Shown one piece after another: positions 38,841-49,789 of a DNA stretch of 64,000 bases (the first letter of the stretch is position 1; the number at the start of each line of letters is the position of its first letter). The position numbers and the translations under genes were made by a program. Under the pieces are notes generated by a model. That model searched no databases, had not been told where the DNA came from, and saw only the letters and a program-made list of their open reading frames with translations. The stretch is taken from contig CAVVPN010000011.1 in the NCBI GenBank assembly GCA_963750165.1, forward strand, positions 1,280,001 to 1,344,000, read 5' to 3'. The stretch comes from an uncultured Gemmataceae bacterium (GTDB taxonomy: Bacteria > Planctomycetota > Planctomycetia > Gemmatales > Gemmataceae).

Positions 38841-39979
38841 AAACCCTGCTGTGTCTGTCGTTGTTGCTGCTGTTGCCGGGCGTGATCTGGGCCCAACCGG
38901 GCGCCAGCGTCGAGAAGTACCGCGTCTACATCGGCACCTACTCCGGCAAGTTGAGCAAGGGTATTTACCAGCTGGAGCTGAACCTCAAGGACGGCAAACT
39001 GTCCGCGCCGACCCTTGCTGCACAGACGAAGGATCCGTCGTTCGTGGCGCTGCACCCGAACCGGAAATTCCTGTACGCCGTCAGCGAGGGCGGCGGCAAG
39101 GGGACCATCAAGGCATTCGCCATCGACCCCAACACCGGCACGTTGACGTTCCTGAACGAACAGCGGTCCGGCGGTGCGGGGCCGTGTCATGTGGTCGTCG
39201 ATCGCGCCGGCAAGAACGTGCTGGCGGCGAACTACGGTAGCGGCAGCTGTTGCAGCATTCCGCTCCAGGCCGACGGCAAGCTCGCGGAGCCGGCTTCCGT
39301 GATCCAGCACAAGGGCTCGAGCGTGGACAAGTCGCGGCAGCAGGGGCCGCACGCCCACTCAATTAACCTGGACGCGGCCAACCACTTCGCCTTCTGCGCC
39401 GACCTCGGTCTCGACAAGGTGCTGGTCTACCGCTTCGACGCCGCCCGCGGCACACTGACGCCGCACGAACCACCGGCGCTGAACGTGGCCCCCGGCTCCG
39501 GCCCGCGGCACTTCGCGTTCCACCCCGACGGCAAAACCGCCTACGTCAACGGCGAGATGGATATGACGATCACCGCCTGCGACTACGACGCCGCGAAAGG
39601 CGTGTTGACGAAGCGGCAAACCCTCTCGACGCTGCCGAAGGACGCGAACCGCAAGGGCGCCAGCACCGCCGAGGTGGTCGTCCATCCGTCGGGCAAGTTC
39701 GTGTACGTCTCGAACCGCGGCCACAACAGCATCGCCATTTTCGCCATCGACTCGAAGACGCGGGCACTGACCGCCGTGGGCCACCAGTCGCACAAGATCA
39801 GCACGCCGCGCAACTTCGCCATCGAACCAACGGGGCGCGATCTGCTGGTCGCCAACCAGAGCGGCAACAGTGTGATGTCGTTTCGGATCGATCCGCAGAC
39901 GGGCGAACTGACGCCGACCGGCAGCGTCGTTGAAGTGGGCGCGCCGGTCTGTGTGCGCTTTTTGCCAATTGCGAAGTGA
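38837..39979 (+). CDS. pgl: Lactonase family (6-phosphogluconolactonase-like) beta-propeller
   Basis: VYIGTY, ANYGSG, PHAH, DLGLD, GSGPRH, SNRGHNSI, PRNF. Confidence 0.88.
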   Translation: MKTLLCLSLLLLLPGVIWAQPGASVEKYRVYIGTYSGKLSKGIYQLELNLKDGKLSAPTLAAQTKDPSFVALHPNRKFLYAVSEGGGKGTIKAFAIDPNTGTLTFLNEQRSGGAGPCHVVVDRAGKNVLAANYGSGSCCSIPLQADGKLAEPASVIQHKGSSVDKSRQQGPHAHSINLDAANHFAFCADLGLDKVLVYRFDAARGTLTPHEPPALNVAPGSGPRHFAFHPDGKTAYVNGEMDMTITACDYDAAKGVLTKRQTLSTLPKDANRKGASTAEVVVHPSGKFVYVSNRGHNSIAIFAIDSKTRALTAVGHQSHKISTPRNFAIEPTGRDLLVANQSGNSVMSFRIDPQTGELTPTGSVVEVGAPVCVRFLPIAK

Positions 39980-40164
39980 CGGCGCCAGGATCGATTCGTT
40001 AGGACTTTTCTGTTGGCTCTGTAGGTTCCTTTCCAGGAGGCCCTCCCGCCGCGGATGTGGGTGCGGGCGTCTGTGTTGGCGTCGCCTGCGCGGGAGTCGT
40101 TTCGGCCTGAAACGCCGCCAGGTAATGCTTGTAGCGGCAAGGCAGCAATTGCCAGAGATGCGCG

Positions 40165-41450
40165 TCACTTCCGCGCCACCTGCGTCGGCCGCACCGCCGC
40201 ACCCTCAGCCAGGTCGTCCCCGGACTGAAGCACGACCGTCTCCCCGCCGGCCAGCCCCGCAATCACCTCCACCTCGGCGCCATAGTCGCGGCCCAGTCGC
40301 ACGGTGCGGTAGTGGACCCGGTTCTGTCCATCCACGACAGCCACCGTCGGGCTGCCAGTGCGCGTCACCAGCGCCGACGCGGGGACAAGGACCGGCGACC
40401 GCGCCCGGTCGAAGGTGAACTTCACCTGCAAATACATGCCCGGGTGCAGGGCGCCGTCCGGGTTCGGCACCTGCACCTCGGTGAGCAGCGTCCGCGTCAC
40501 CGTGTCCAGGGCGCCGGCGGTGCGCGTCACCTTGCCCGAGTAGAGCACGGACGGGTCTTCCCGGCGGAACACCGTGGCGGTCTGCCCCGGCTTGATGTCG
40601 CTGGCGAAAACCTGCGGCACGTTCACGATCACGCGCAGAATGTCAGTCCGCATCAGGTGGAAGAGTTCCCGGGTGGCGATGTTGTCCGCGGACATCAGGT
40701 CGCCCTTATCGACGTTGCGTGCCGTGATCTTGCCCGCGAACGGGGCGATGATCTTCTGAAAACCCTGGAGGTCCAGGTAGCGCTGCACCTGCGCCTGATT
40801 GATCTGGATACTGGCCTTCATTGATTCGACCTTCGCATTACTCGTCTTCACGGTGGCCCGGTCCTGGTCGATTTGCAGCAGGGTGGTGCCGATGCCGGGC
40901 CTCGACTTCAGGTCACGGTCCAGGGTGATCTGCGCCAGCGCGGCGTTGGCCTTCGCCAGCTCCAGGTCGGCCCGCGCTGCGCCAGGTTCGCCCGTGCCTG
41001 GGCCAGCTGGTCGTCCACGTCCGGGGCCGAAATCACCGCCAGTAACTGGCCTTCCTTGACGTGATCGCCGAAGTCCACCAGGCGCTCCTTGAGGTAGCCG
41101 GTGGTGCGGGCGAACAGGGCGGCTTCCACCAGCGCCAGACTGTTGCCGGGCAGCGTCCGCTCGGTGACGGCGCCGGCGCGGCGTGCCACCGCCACCGTGA
41201 CGCGCGGCGCCGCGGTGGCCGCCTCGTGCGCCGCGGCGTTCACCTGGGTCTCCTGCTCCCAGCGCGGCAGAGTGCCGGCGGCCAGCGCCCCGCTCAGGCC
41301 GACGACCACCAGGACGCTGAGGGCCAGCACCCAGCGGCCGGCCCGCTGCCGATCCGGGGGGTTCGACCGGCTGGGCGTCGGGGCCGGCGCCGGGTGAAAG
41401 TAGCCGTTACGTTCCGGGGCGATCTGCGGCGTGGCGAAAGGCGTGTTCAC
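40165..41450 (-). CDS. RND efflux periplasmic adaptor (frameshift near 40977)
   Basis: LFARTTGYL...VDFGDHVKEGQLLA, APFAGKIT, TRTLLTEV. Confidence 0.9.
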
Positions 41451-44400
41451 GAGTGTTCCTCCGGGAAAAGCGGCCCGGCGTTGGTCGCCAGGGCCAACCG
41501 ATTGTTTGAGGTTGAGGCCACGTGCGTTTCGGCGGCCGAGTCGTCGTCGGTCTGCTCCGGCTTCGGCGCCTTGCGGCGAAGCAAGCTGTACATCACAGGC
41601 ACGAAGAACAGCGTGAAGACGGTTGCCACGAGCAGGCCGCCGATGACCGCCCGGCCCAGCGGCGCGTTCTGTTCGCCGCCCTCGCCCAGGCCCAGCGACA
41701 TCGGCAACATGCCGACGATCATCGCCAGGGCCGTCATCACCACCGGCCGCAGCCGCGTCGTGCCGGCCGACAGTGCGGCGCTGAGGGCGTTGTGGCCTTC
41801 CTTGCGCTGGTCGTTGGCGAAGGTGATGAGCAGGATACTGTTGGACGTGGCCACGCCGATGCACATGATCGCGCCCATCAGGGCCGGCACGCTCACCGTC
41901 GTCCGCGTCGTGTACAGCATCCACACGATGCCGGCCAGCGCCCCGGGCAGCGCCGTCAGGATGATGAACGGATCCAGCCACGACTGGAAGTTCACGACCA
42001 TCAGCAGATAGACCAGCAGCACGGCGAAGCCAAGGCCCGCCGCCAGACCGGTGAACGAGCTGTTCATGCTCTCCACCTGGCCACGGATGGCGATGGTGCT
42101 GCCGCGCGGCAACTCCGGTCGCAGCTCGTCCACGACGCGCTGCACATCGGCGGACACGCTGCCCAGGTCGCGACCCTGCACGCTGGCGTAGACCTCGAAC
42201 ACGGGCTGCACGTTGTAATGGTTCACCACCGTCTCCGAGGTGGCCCGGCGCACGTTCACCAGGTTGGCCAGCAGCTGCGGCGACTGCGTCTGTGTCTGGC
42301 CCTTGATGACCGGCGTGTTCAGCAGCGTTTCCAACGAGTCGATCTTGTTCGGCGGCGTCTGGACCGCGAGGACGTAGTTGACGCGGTTGACCGGGTTGAC
42401 CCAGTAGTTGGGCGCCACCTGATTCGTGGAACTCAGCGACACCAGCACGGTGTTGGTCACGTCCTGCTGCGTCAGCCCCGACTGCGCGGCCTGGATGCGG
42501 TCCACGTCGATCCGCAGGTCCGGGGCGTCGGTGATCTGGTGAATGTGTACGTCCGCGATGCCGGGGATTTTGGCGATCTCACGCTTCAGCTTCTTCGCCA
42601 CCTCCAGGTTGCCGACGCGGTTGACGCCGACCACCTGCACGTTGATCGGCGCCGGCAGGCCGAAGTTCAGAATCTGGCTGGTGATGTCCGCCGGCTGGAA
42701 GAAGAACGTGCAGTCCGGGAAGCGCTTCGGCAGTTCCTCGCGCAGCCGGGCGACGTACTCCGCGGTGGGCCGATGATGGTGCTTCAGCGCGACCAGGATT
42801 TCGCCGTCGCCGTTGCTGACGGTGCCATTGTCGATGAAGGCCCGCGTCGTGAACGATGGCGTCAAGCCCATGTTATCCAGGATCAGTTCGCGCTCGTCCT
42901 CCGGCACGATCTCGCGGATCACGTCCTCCACCTGGCCGAAGATGCGTTCCGTTTCCTCGATGCGCGTGCCGGACGGGGCACGGACGTGCAGCCGAAACTG
43001 GCCCGCGTCCACCTCCGGGAAGAAGTCCTGGCCGAGCCGCGGTGCCAGCGCCAGCGAGCCGAACGCGAACAGCAGCAGCGCTACCACGCTCACGGCACGG
43101 TGCGCCAGCGCCCAGTCCAGCAACATTTGATAAACGCTCTGCAACTTCTCGAACTGGCGGTTGAACGCCTGGTGAAAGCGCCAGATGGGGCCGCCGCCCG
43201 TTCCGCCGCCGTGCTCGCCGTGGGCGTACAGCGCGACTTCCTTCGGCAGCAGGTAGAGCACCATCGTCGGCACCAGCGTGCGCGACAGCAGATAGGACGC
43301 CAGCATGGCGAAGACCACCGCCAGGGCCAGCGGGTAGAACAGCGACGCGGCCGGCCCCGTCAGGAACACGACCGGCACAAAGACAATACAGATCGCCAGT
43401 GTCGAGACGAACGCCGGCGTCGCGATCTGCTGGGCCCCGTCGAGGATGGCCCGGCGGAGCGGTTTCTGCATACCGAGGTTGCGATGAATGTTCTCGATCT
43501 CCACCGTGGCATCGTCCACGAGGATGCCGACCGCCAGGGCCATGCCGCCCAGTGTCATGCTGTTGAGCGTCTGGCCCAGCGCCCAGAGCGCGACGACCGA
43601 GGTCAGGATCGACAGCGGGATCGAGATGGCGACGATCAGAGTGCTGCGCCACGAGCCGAGGAACAGCAGGATCATCAGCGCCGTCAGCCCCGCCGCGATG
43701 GCGCCTTCCTTGAGCACGCCTTCCACGGCGGCCCGCACAAAGACGGACTGGTCAAACAGCAATTCCATCTTCAACTCGGGCGGCAGCTGGGCCTGAATGC
43801 CGGGCAGCGCCGCGCGGACACGATTGACGACGCTCAACGTCGAGGCGCCTTCGCTCTTGAGGATGGTCATGAGGACGGCCCGGCGGCCGTCGCGGCGGAC
43901 GACGTTGGTCTGCACCAGGTAGCCCTCGCGGACCTGGGCCACGTCCTTGATGTAGACCGGCACGCCATTGACCGTCTTGATGGGGATCTCGTTGAGGGCG
44001 GCCGACAGCTCCGGACTGCTGTTGAGCTTGACGATGTACTCGGTCGAGCCCATCTTGGCGGTGCCGGCCGGCACGATCAGATTCTGCGAGTTGATCGCGG
44101 TGCTCACGTCGGCGGGCGAGAGGCCACGGCCGTACAATTCGTCGGGCTCGATGTCGATCATGACCTGCGGCCACTTACCGCCCCAGGGCTGCGGCACGCG
44201 CGCGCCTTGCACCGTCCCGAGGCGCTGGATGATGAAGTTGGAGGCGTAGTCGTAAATCTGCTCTTCGCTCAGGGTGTCGCTGCTGACGGCGATCTGCACG
44301 ATGGGCACACTGGTGGCGCTGTACTGGACGATGTACGGCGGGTTGATGCCGGGCGGCATGATCTTGAGGATGGCCTGGCTGGTCGCGGTGACCTGGGCGA

Positions 44401-44716
44401 CGGCCGCCTCGATCTTCGCGTTCTGGTGGAAGTAAATGCGGATGACGCCGACGCCCTGGAGCGACTGGCTCTCAATGTGCTCGATGTCGTTGACGGAGGC
44501 GGTCAGCACGCGCTCGTTGATGAGGATGATGCGCTTCTCGATCTCGTCGGCCGGCATGCCCGAGTACTGCCACACGACCGTGACGACGGGGATGTTCACC
44601 TCGGGGAAGATGTCCGTGGACATGCGGTTGACAGCCACGACGCTGACGGCGGCGATCAGCAGCGCCATCACGACGAAGGTGTAAGTGCGGCGCAGGGCCA
44701 GTTTGACGATCCACAC
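41447..44716 (-). CDS. RND efflux permease (AcrB/CzcA family)
   Basis: DIFPEVNIP, GILVDDATVEIEN, RLRPVVMT, PLGRAVIGGL. Confidence 0.95.
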   Translation of the reverse strand: MWIVKLALRRTYTFVVMALLIAAVSVVAVNRMSTDIFPEVNIPVVTVVWQYSGMPADEIEKRIILINERVLTASVNDIEHIESQSLQGVGVIRIYFHQNAKIEAAVAQVTATSQAILKIMPPGINPPYIVQYSATSVPIVQIAVSSDTLSEEQIYDYASNFIIQRLGTVQGARVPQPWGGKWPQVMIDIEPDELYGRGLSPADVSTAINSQNLIVPAGTAKMGSTEYIVKLNSSPELSAALNEIPIKTVNGVPVYIKDVAQVREGYLVQTNVVRRDGRRAVLMTILKSEGASTLSVVNRVRAALPGIQAQLPPELKMELLFDQSVFVRAAVEGVLKEGAIAAGLTALMILLFLGSWRSTLIVAISIPLSILTSVVALWALGQTLNSMTLGGMALAVGILVDDATVEIENIHRNLGMQKPLRRAILDGAQQIATPAFVSTLAICIVFVPVVFLTGPAASLFYPLALAVVFAMLASYLLSRTLVPTMVLYLLPKEVALYAHGEHGGGTGGGPIWRFHQAFNRQFEKLQSVYQMLLDWALAHRAVSVVALLLFAFGSLALAPRLGQDFFPEVDAGQFRLHVRAPSGTRIEETERIFGQVEDVIREIVPEDERELILDNMGLTPSFTTRAFIDNGTVSNGDGEILVALKHHHRPTAEYVARLREELPKRFPDCTFFFQPADITSQILNFGLPAPINVQVVGVNRVGNLEVAKKLKREIAKIPGIADVHIHQITDAPDLRIDVDRIQAAQSGLTQQDVTNTVLVSLSSTNQVAPNYWVNPVNRVNYVLAVQTPPNKIDSLETLLNTPVIKGQTQTQSPQLLANLVNVRRATSETVVNHYNVQPVFEVYASVQGRDLGSVSADVQRVVDELRPELPRGSTIAIRGQVESMNSSFTGLAAGLGFAVLLVYLLMVVNFQSWLDPFIILTALPGALAGIVWMLYTTRTTVSVPALMGAIMCIGVATSNSILLITFANDQRKEGHNALSAALSAGTTRLRPVVMTALAMIVGMLPMSLGLGEGGEQNAPLGRAVIGGLLVATVFTLFFVPVMYSLLRRKAPKPEQTDDDSAAETHVASTSNNRLALATNAGPLFPEEHS

Positions 44717-44769
44717 GACTACATCCCCCCTTAGCACCGGTCGGGCCTGTCGGGCGACGCCGGCATAAA

Positions 44770-44785
44770 AGCAAGAGGTGTACCA
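44770..44785 (-). promoter_or_regulatory. Sigma54 promoter of the RND operon
   Basis: Minus strand TGGTAC-ACCTC-TTGCT about 55 bp upstream of the start, preceded by an AT-rich tract. Confidence 0.7.
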
Positions 44786-45014
44786 GAAGGGAATGGATAA
44801 ATAGTTGATGTAGTAAGTAATGATTGAGGCGTGGGTTGCGGATGGTTGTGCGCAGAGGAATCGGGAACGGTCGGGAGTGTCCAAGGGAATGCGGTCAACG
44901 CGTTGGACGGGGTCGGCCCGTTGACCCTGGCTGGGCACAGGGGAACTAACTTGACCCAAAATTCGCGCTATGATAAGGAATAAAACCGGACGCAGGGTCC
45001 GGAGGTTCTTGCCG

Positions 45015-45374
45015 GTGAGTTCCACCACAGCCCCACCGCCTGTATTGATTTACGAAGCAGAACGGATTGCCGGACCGGACGGAGCCGTCGAAAGAGGTAG
45101 CATTCCTATAGACGAGGATGAGGCCATCGTCCGGCTGAAAGGAGGGGGTGACGTCGTCGTCTGCTCCGAGGAGCGACGGGCAAACCGCAACAAGGCTCGG
45201 GAGATGATCGTGGCGGCGTTCGGTGATTTTGAGGAGGATGCACCCCACAATGGAAGGATGGCCCTCCCTCACTTTCACCCGGCCAGCCGCACCCCTGAAG
45301 TCCATGCCTTCTTTGAAGCGCCGCCCAGCGCGCGAAGAAAAAGAGGAAGAAGAAATGAAGTACTTCAAGCCTGA
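45015..45374 (+). CDS. Hypothetical protein with PH...LPHFH...H motif
   Basis: RBS GGAGG before GTG; DAPHNGRMALPHFHP...HAFF. Confidence 0.65.
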   Translation: MSSTTAPPPVLIYEAERIAGPDGAVERGSIPIDEDEAIVRLKGGGDVVVCSEERRANRNKAREMIVAAFGDFEEDAPHNGRMALPHFHPASRTPEVHAFFEAPPSARRKRGRRNEVLQA

Positions 45375-45897
45375 ACTGCTTGCCCGATATCGCTCCTCCG
45401 ACGACCGCGTGGCGGAGGCCGCGGCAACCGAATGGGAAGAGGCCCTCGCCGCCTATCAGGCCCGGTTCAAGAGTATCCGTGGCAAGTTGCCGGTTGGGGT
45501 TCGCCGTTTTTCGAAGGTGTCTTTGCACGACGCCAGGTATCTCGGTGCAGCCCTGGATAAGCAGCAGCCGCTCTATGGTCTTCTGCTCCAGCTGGAAGGC
45601 TTGCCGGGGCAGTCTGCGGAAGTGCTTGAATTGAAATATCAGCCGGTTCCGGGACCAAACGGCGGGATTCACATCATGATGCACACTTCCTCCGAGAGGA
45701 AACCGCGCAAGGGAGTTTGGCTCCTGTACGATGAGTTCGACCTTGACGAAGCGCAGGATTTTTTCACTCACACACTCCTGCTGACGGGCGGCTGGGAAAT
45801 CGAAATCCGCTTCCTGAATTTCTCGATTCGCAGGCTCACGCCGACTGAACTGGCTGAAGGAAAGGTGACGTGGCCATCCGCCGAGTCCGTCGCATGA
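45355..45897 (+). CDS. Hypothetical protein (MKYF start; immunity/DUF4085-like)
   Basis: Overlaps the upstream ORF; LHDA, WLLYDEFD, HTLLLTGGWEIEIRF. Confidence 0.65.
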   Translation: MKYFKPELLARYRSSDDRVAEAAATEWEEALAAYQARFKSIRGKLPVGVRRFSKVSLHDARYLGAALDKQQPLYGLLLQLEGLPGQSAEVLELKYQPVPGPNGGIHIMMHTSSERKPRKGVWLLYDEFDLDEAQDFFTHTLLLTGGWEIEIRFLNFSIRRLTPTELAEGKVTWPSAESVA

Positions 45898-45903
45898 GCC
45901 AGG

Positions 45904-45982
45904 TCAGCCCGGCCACACAATGCCGAGTTTCTCCTCCTTCTCCGACAGCGTCGAGTGCTTCATGCCCAGCCGGGCCGCGGCG
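45904..45982 (-). pseudogene. Diverged copy of the 3' end (Fis-type HTH) of the adjacent sigma54 activator
   Basis: AAARLGMKHSTLSEKEEKLGIVWPG* versus AAARLGMKRSTLYWKMKKLGITRPG* at 46080-46158. Confidence 0.85.
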
Positions 45983-46079
45983 AAACAAAGGGGACACGGT
46001 TGCGTCACCTTTGTCGGCCGACCCAGGAACCCTGCGGCTGTCACTCCCCGCAGGCGCGGGGCGGCCGCGCCTGGAACGG

Positions 46080-47648
<1,569 letters not shown>

Positions 47649-47729
47649 ACGACCGTCATCCCGTGCGGGCGCACTTGCCTGTGCGGTAATTGTACGGAGC
47701 CCGCAGCGCCAGCAAGGGATGACCCTTGG

Positions 47730-47804
47730 GAGGCGCCGAACAACAACTTCGTAGGACGGCTCTGGAGAGCCGTCCTACTCTTGGAAGTTGTTGTTCGGCG
47801 CCTC
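47730..47804. mobile_element. Composite MITE copy 2 (internally shorter)
   Basis: Same TIRs as 8388-8484; lacks 22 bp between the GACGGCTCT direct repeats; CTTG on the flanks. Confidence 0.85.
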
Positions 47805-47848
47805 CTTGCTGGCGCTGCGGGCTCCGAAATCAGCAACACACTCCGGTC

Positions 47849-48700
47849 TCAGCCCGCCTTGGGTGGCACCGGGGGTGCCTGCTTGAGCGGCGGCGGTGGC
47901 ACCGCCACGCCCGGCCTGGCGCCGCCGATGCCGCCGATGCCGCCGCCGAAGCCACCCATGCCGCCGATGAACGGCATGGTGTAGACCTGCGGGTAGTTCT
48001 GGTTATTCCGCTGCAGATCGTTGTTCTCCTTGCGAATCTCCGCGGCCCGCTTGGCATCGGTGACGAACGTCACGTTGCCGACCTGCACCGCCTTCAGGTC
48101 CGCCAGTTCCGTCAGCAGCCGCACTGCTGTCTCCAGCGTCGCGTCCTGCAGCGCCAGCGTCACGCCCTGGGCCCTGGCCACCTGCCGCTGCCGTGGGTCG
48201 ATGAGCAGGGTGATGCCCGTCTCGGCGGCCAGATCCTTCAGCGCCGCGTCCAGCGCCTTGTCCTTCACGTCCACGTTGACGCGCTGCCGCATCTGCCGCG
48301 CGTAGGCATTGCTCTCGCTGGTGATGAACACGCCATCGTTCAGCAGGATGTAGGTGAGGTGGTGCGGGCTGAGCATCTTTTGCAGGGTGGTGCGCACCGG
48401 GCCATTGTCGCTCTTGAGGTGGACCTGCATCGGGATGTTGTCGAGTTGCAGGCCGAACCCCGGGAAGGCGTTCGGGTCCAGCGTGATGGGCAGCTTGGTT
48501 TTCTGCCGCAGGTGCTCGATGCCGTCGTTGAAGTTCTGGCTGGTGAAGTCGAAGGTGACTTTCTGGTTGAGCCCTTCGCGGAGCTTGCGGATCTTGTCCG
48601 CGGCGGTGGGCTCTTGCTTGCCGCCCTGGGCGGCGGCGGTCAGCGTCACGGTGCCGCACAGCAGCGCGGCGGCCAGGACGCGCACGGTCAGGGAACGCAT
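47849..48700 (-). CDS. Secreted protein with two STN-like domains
   Basis: Signal peptide; LNQKVTFDF and VNVDVKDKALDAALKDLA repeats; Gly-rich tail. Confidence 0.65.
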   Translation of the reverse strand: MRSLTVRVLAAALLCGTVTLTAAAQGGKQEPTAADKIRKLREGLNQKVTFDFTSQNFNDGIEHLRQKTKLPITLDPNAFPGFGLQLDNIPMQVHLKSDNGPVRTTLQKMLSPHHLTYILLNDGVFITSESNAYARQMRQRVNVDVKDKALDAALKDLAAETGITLLIDPRQRQVARAQGVTLALQDATLETAVRLLTELADLKAVQVGNVTFVTDAKRAAEIRKENNDLQRNNQNYPQVYTMPFIGGMGGFGGGIGGIGGARPGVAVPPPPLKQAPPVPPKAG

Positions 48701-48884
48701 CAGGGATACTCCTTGCAAAGATGGGGGCGGAAACGAGTCTCGGCCATTCTACCCCTCAGACGCGGTGCGGCCGGGAAAAGTTTGCCGGGGACCAGGCTCA
48801 TTCGGCAGCGGCGAGGTCCAGTTCCACCAGTCGCGCCCCCGCATCGAGCCGGCGTTGCAGCCCGTTTTTCAATTGCTCCAGTGC

Positions 48885-49526
48885 TCAGGGGCCGCCGCGT
48901 TCCCGAAAGGTGTCATCATCCTCGCGTGTCCAGCCGCGCGGCGGCAATCGATACGGGTTGTCGTCCCGATCGCGCCGGCGATACTCGTCATCTCGATCCC
49001 GCCGGCGATACTCCTTGACGGCATCGACAAAATCGCGGGAGACGTTGACCAGGGTGATGTCGTACTCGGTGATTTCCGTGGTGCGAATGCCCGTGTGCTG
49101 AAAGATCGCGACGGCGATCAGCCAGGCGAGGCCGATGACCACGCTGCCGACACAGAGCAGTCCGCCGAGTGGGTTCGCCCCGGACGGTCGAGCGCCAGGC
49201 CGGTTGTCCAGGGCCGCCAGCACCACGCCGGACACGACGCCGAGCAGAACACAGACGATCAGTCCGCCCCAGAGAAACCAGTTGCGCATGGCCCAGTGGT
49301 TGCGGTGGTCGTCACACAGCGGCGCGTGGACGGTCAGGCGGCGGGTCATGATCGCGGCCACGATGATGTAGGGCAGCAGCCCCGCCAGGATGAGGATGCC
49401 CACCCAGGACGGACACCAGGAAAAGGTCTGAGTCCGTTCGACCGTCGCGGTCGCCCCGCATTTCAAGCACAGTTGCGGCAAGTAGCCGTCGGTCGCCTCA
49501 TCGCGGTCCAAACGCACGGTAGCCAT
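48885..49526 (-). CDS. Hypothetical membrane protein
   Basis: LPQLCLKCG, PLCDDH (possible metal site); three TM segments; Arg/Asp tail. Confidence 0.75.
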   Translation of the reverse strand: MATVRLDRDEATDGYLPQLCLKCGATATVERTQTFSWCPSWVGILILAGLLPYIIVAAIMTRRLTVHAPLCDDHRNHWAMRNWFLWGGLIVCVLLGVVSGVVLAALDNRPGARPSGANPLGGLLCVGSVVIGLAWLIAVAIFQHTGIRTTEITEYDITLVNVSRDFVDAVKEYRRRDRDDEYRRRDRDDNPYRLPPRGWTREDDDTFRERGGP

Positions 49527-49655
49527 GGACACTCCCAAAGCGCGAAATGGTTGCCGAGTGTGATCGGTTGCAAATAGTTATACTCCGTCCGGTTGGGTCT
49601 GGCACTTGCAGAGGGGCCATTCCGCGGGCGCCAACGCAGCGGGGTGCGGGCCAGG

Positions 49656-49720
49656 GGCGCCGCATCTCGACGTATGAAAAAGTTGGCGTTCTTGGCGTTC
49701 TTGGCGTCCTTGCTCTGACA
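49656..49720. repeat. Dispersed element copy 2
   Basis: Core identical to 8200-8231, followed by TTGGC-N4 x3 and TTGCT. Confidence 0.9.
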
Positions 49721-49789
49721 ACCGCTGGCCAACGAAGCCAGCCGAGGCCATGTGTGAACAGCGCCAGTCCGCAAGCAAACGAGACAGCC

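Noticed and set aside
39999..40164. Possible IS66 transposase tail (HLWQLLPCRY on the minus strand)
   Set aside because: The similarity is only a few residues and no IS66-type terminal repeat was found.
41522..44734. Very long antisense or alternative-frame ORFs (for example 1070 aa opposite the RND permease, 676 aa at 13381-15411)
   Set aside because: These are shadow ORFs expected from high GC3 codon bias, and they have no recognisable motifs.
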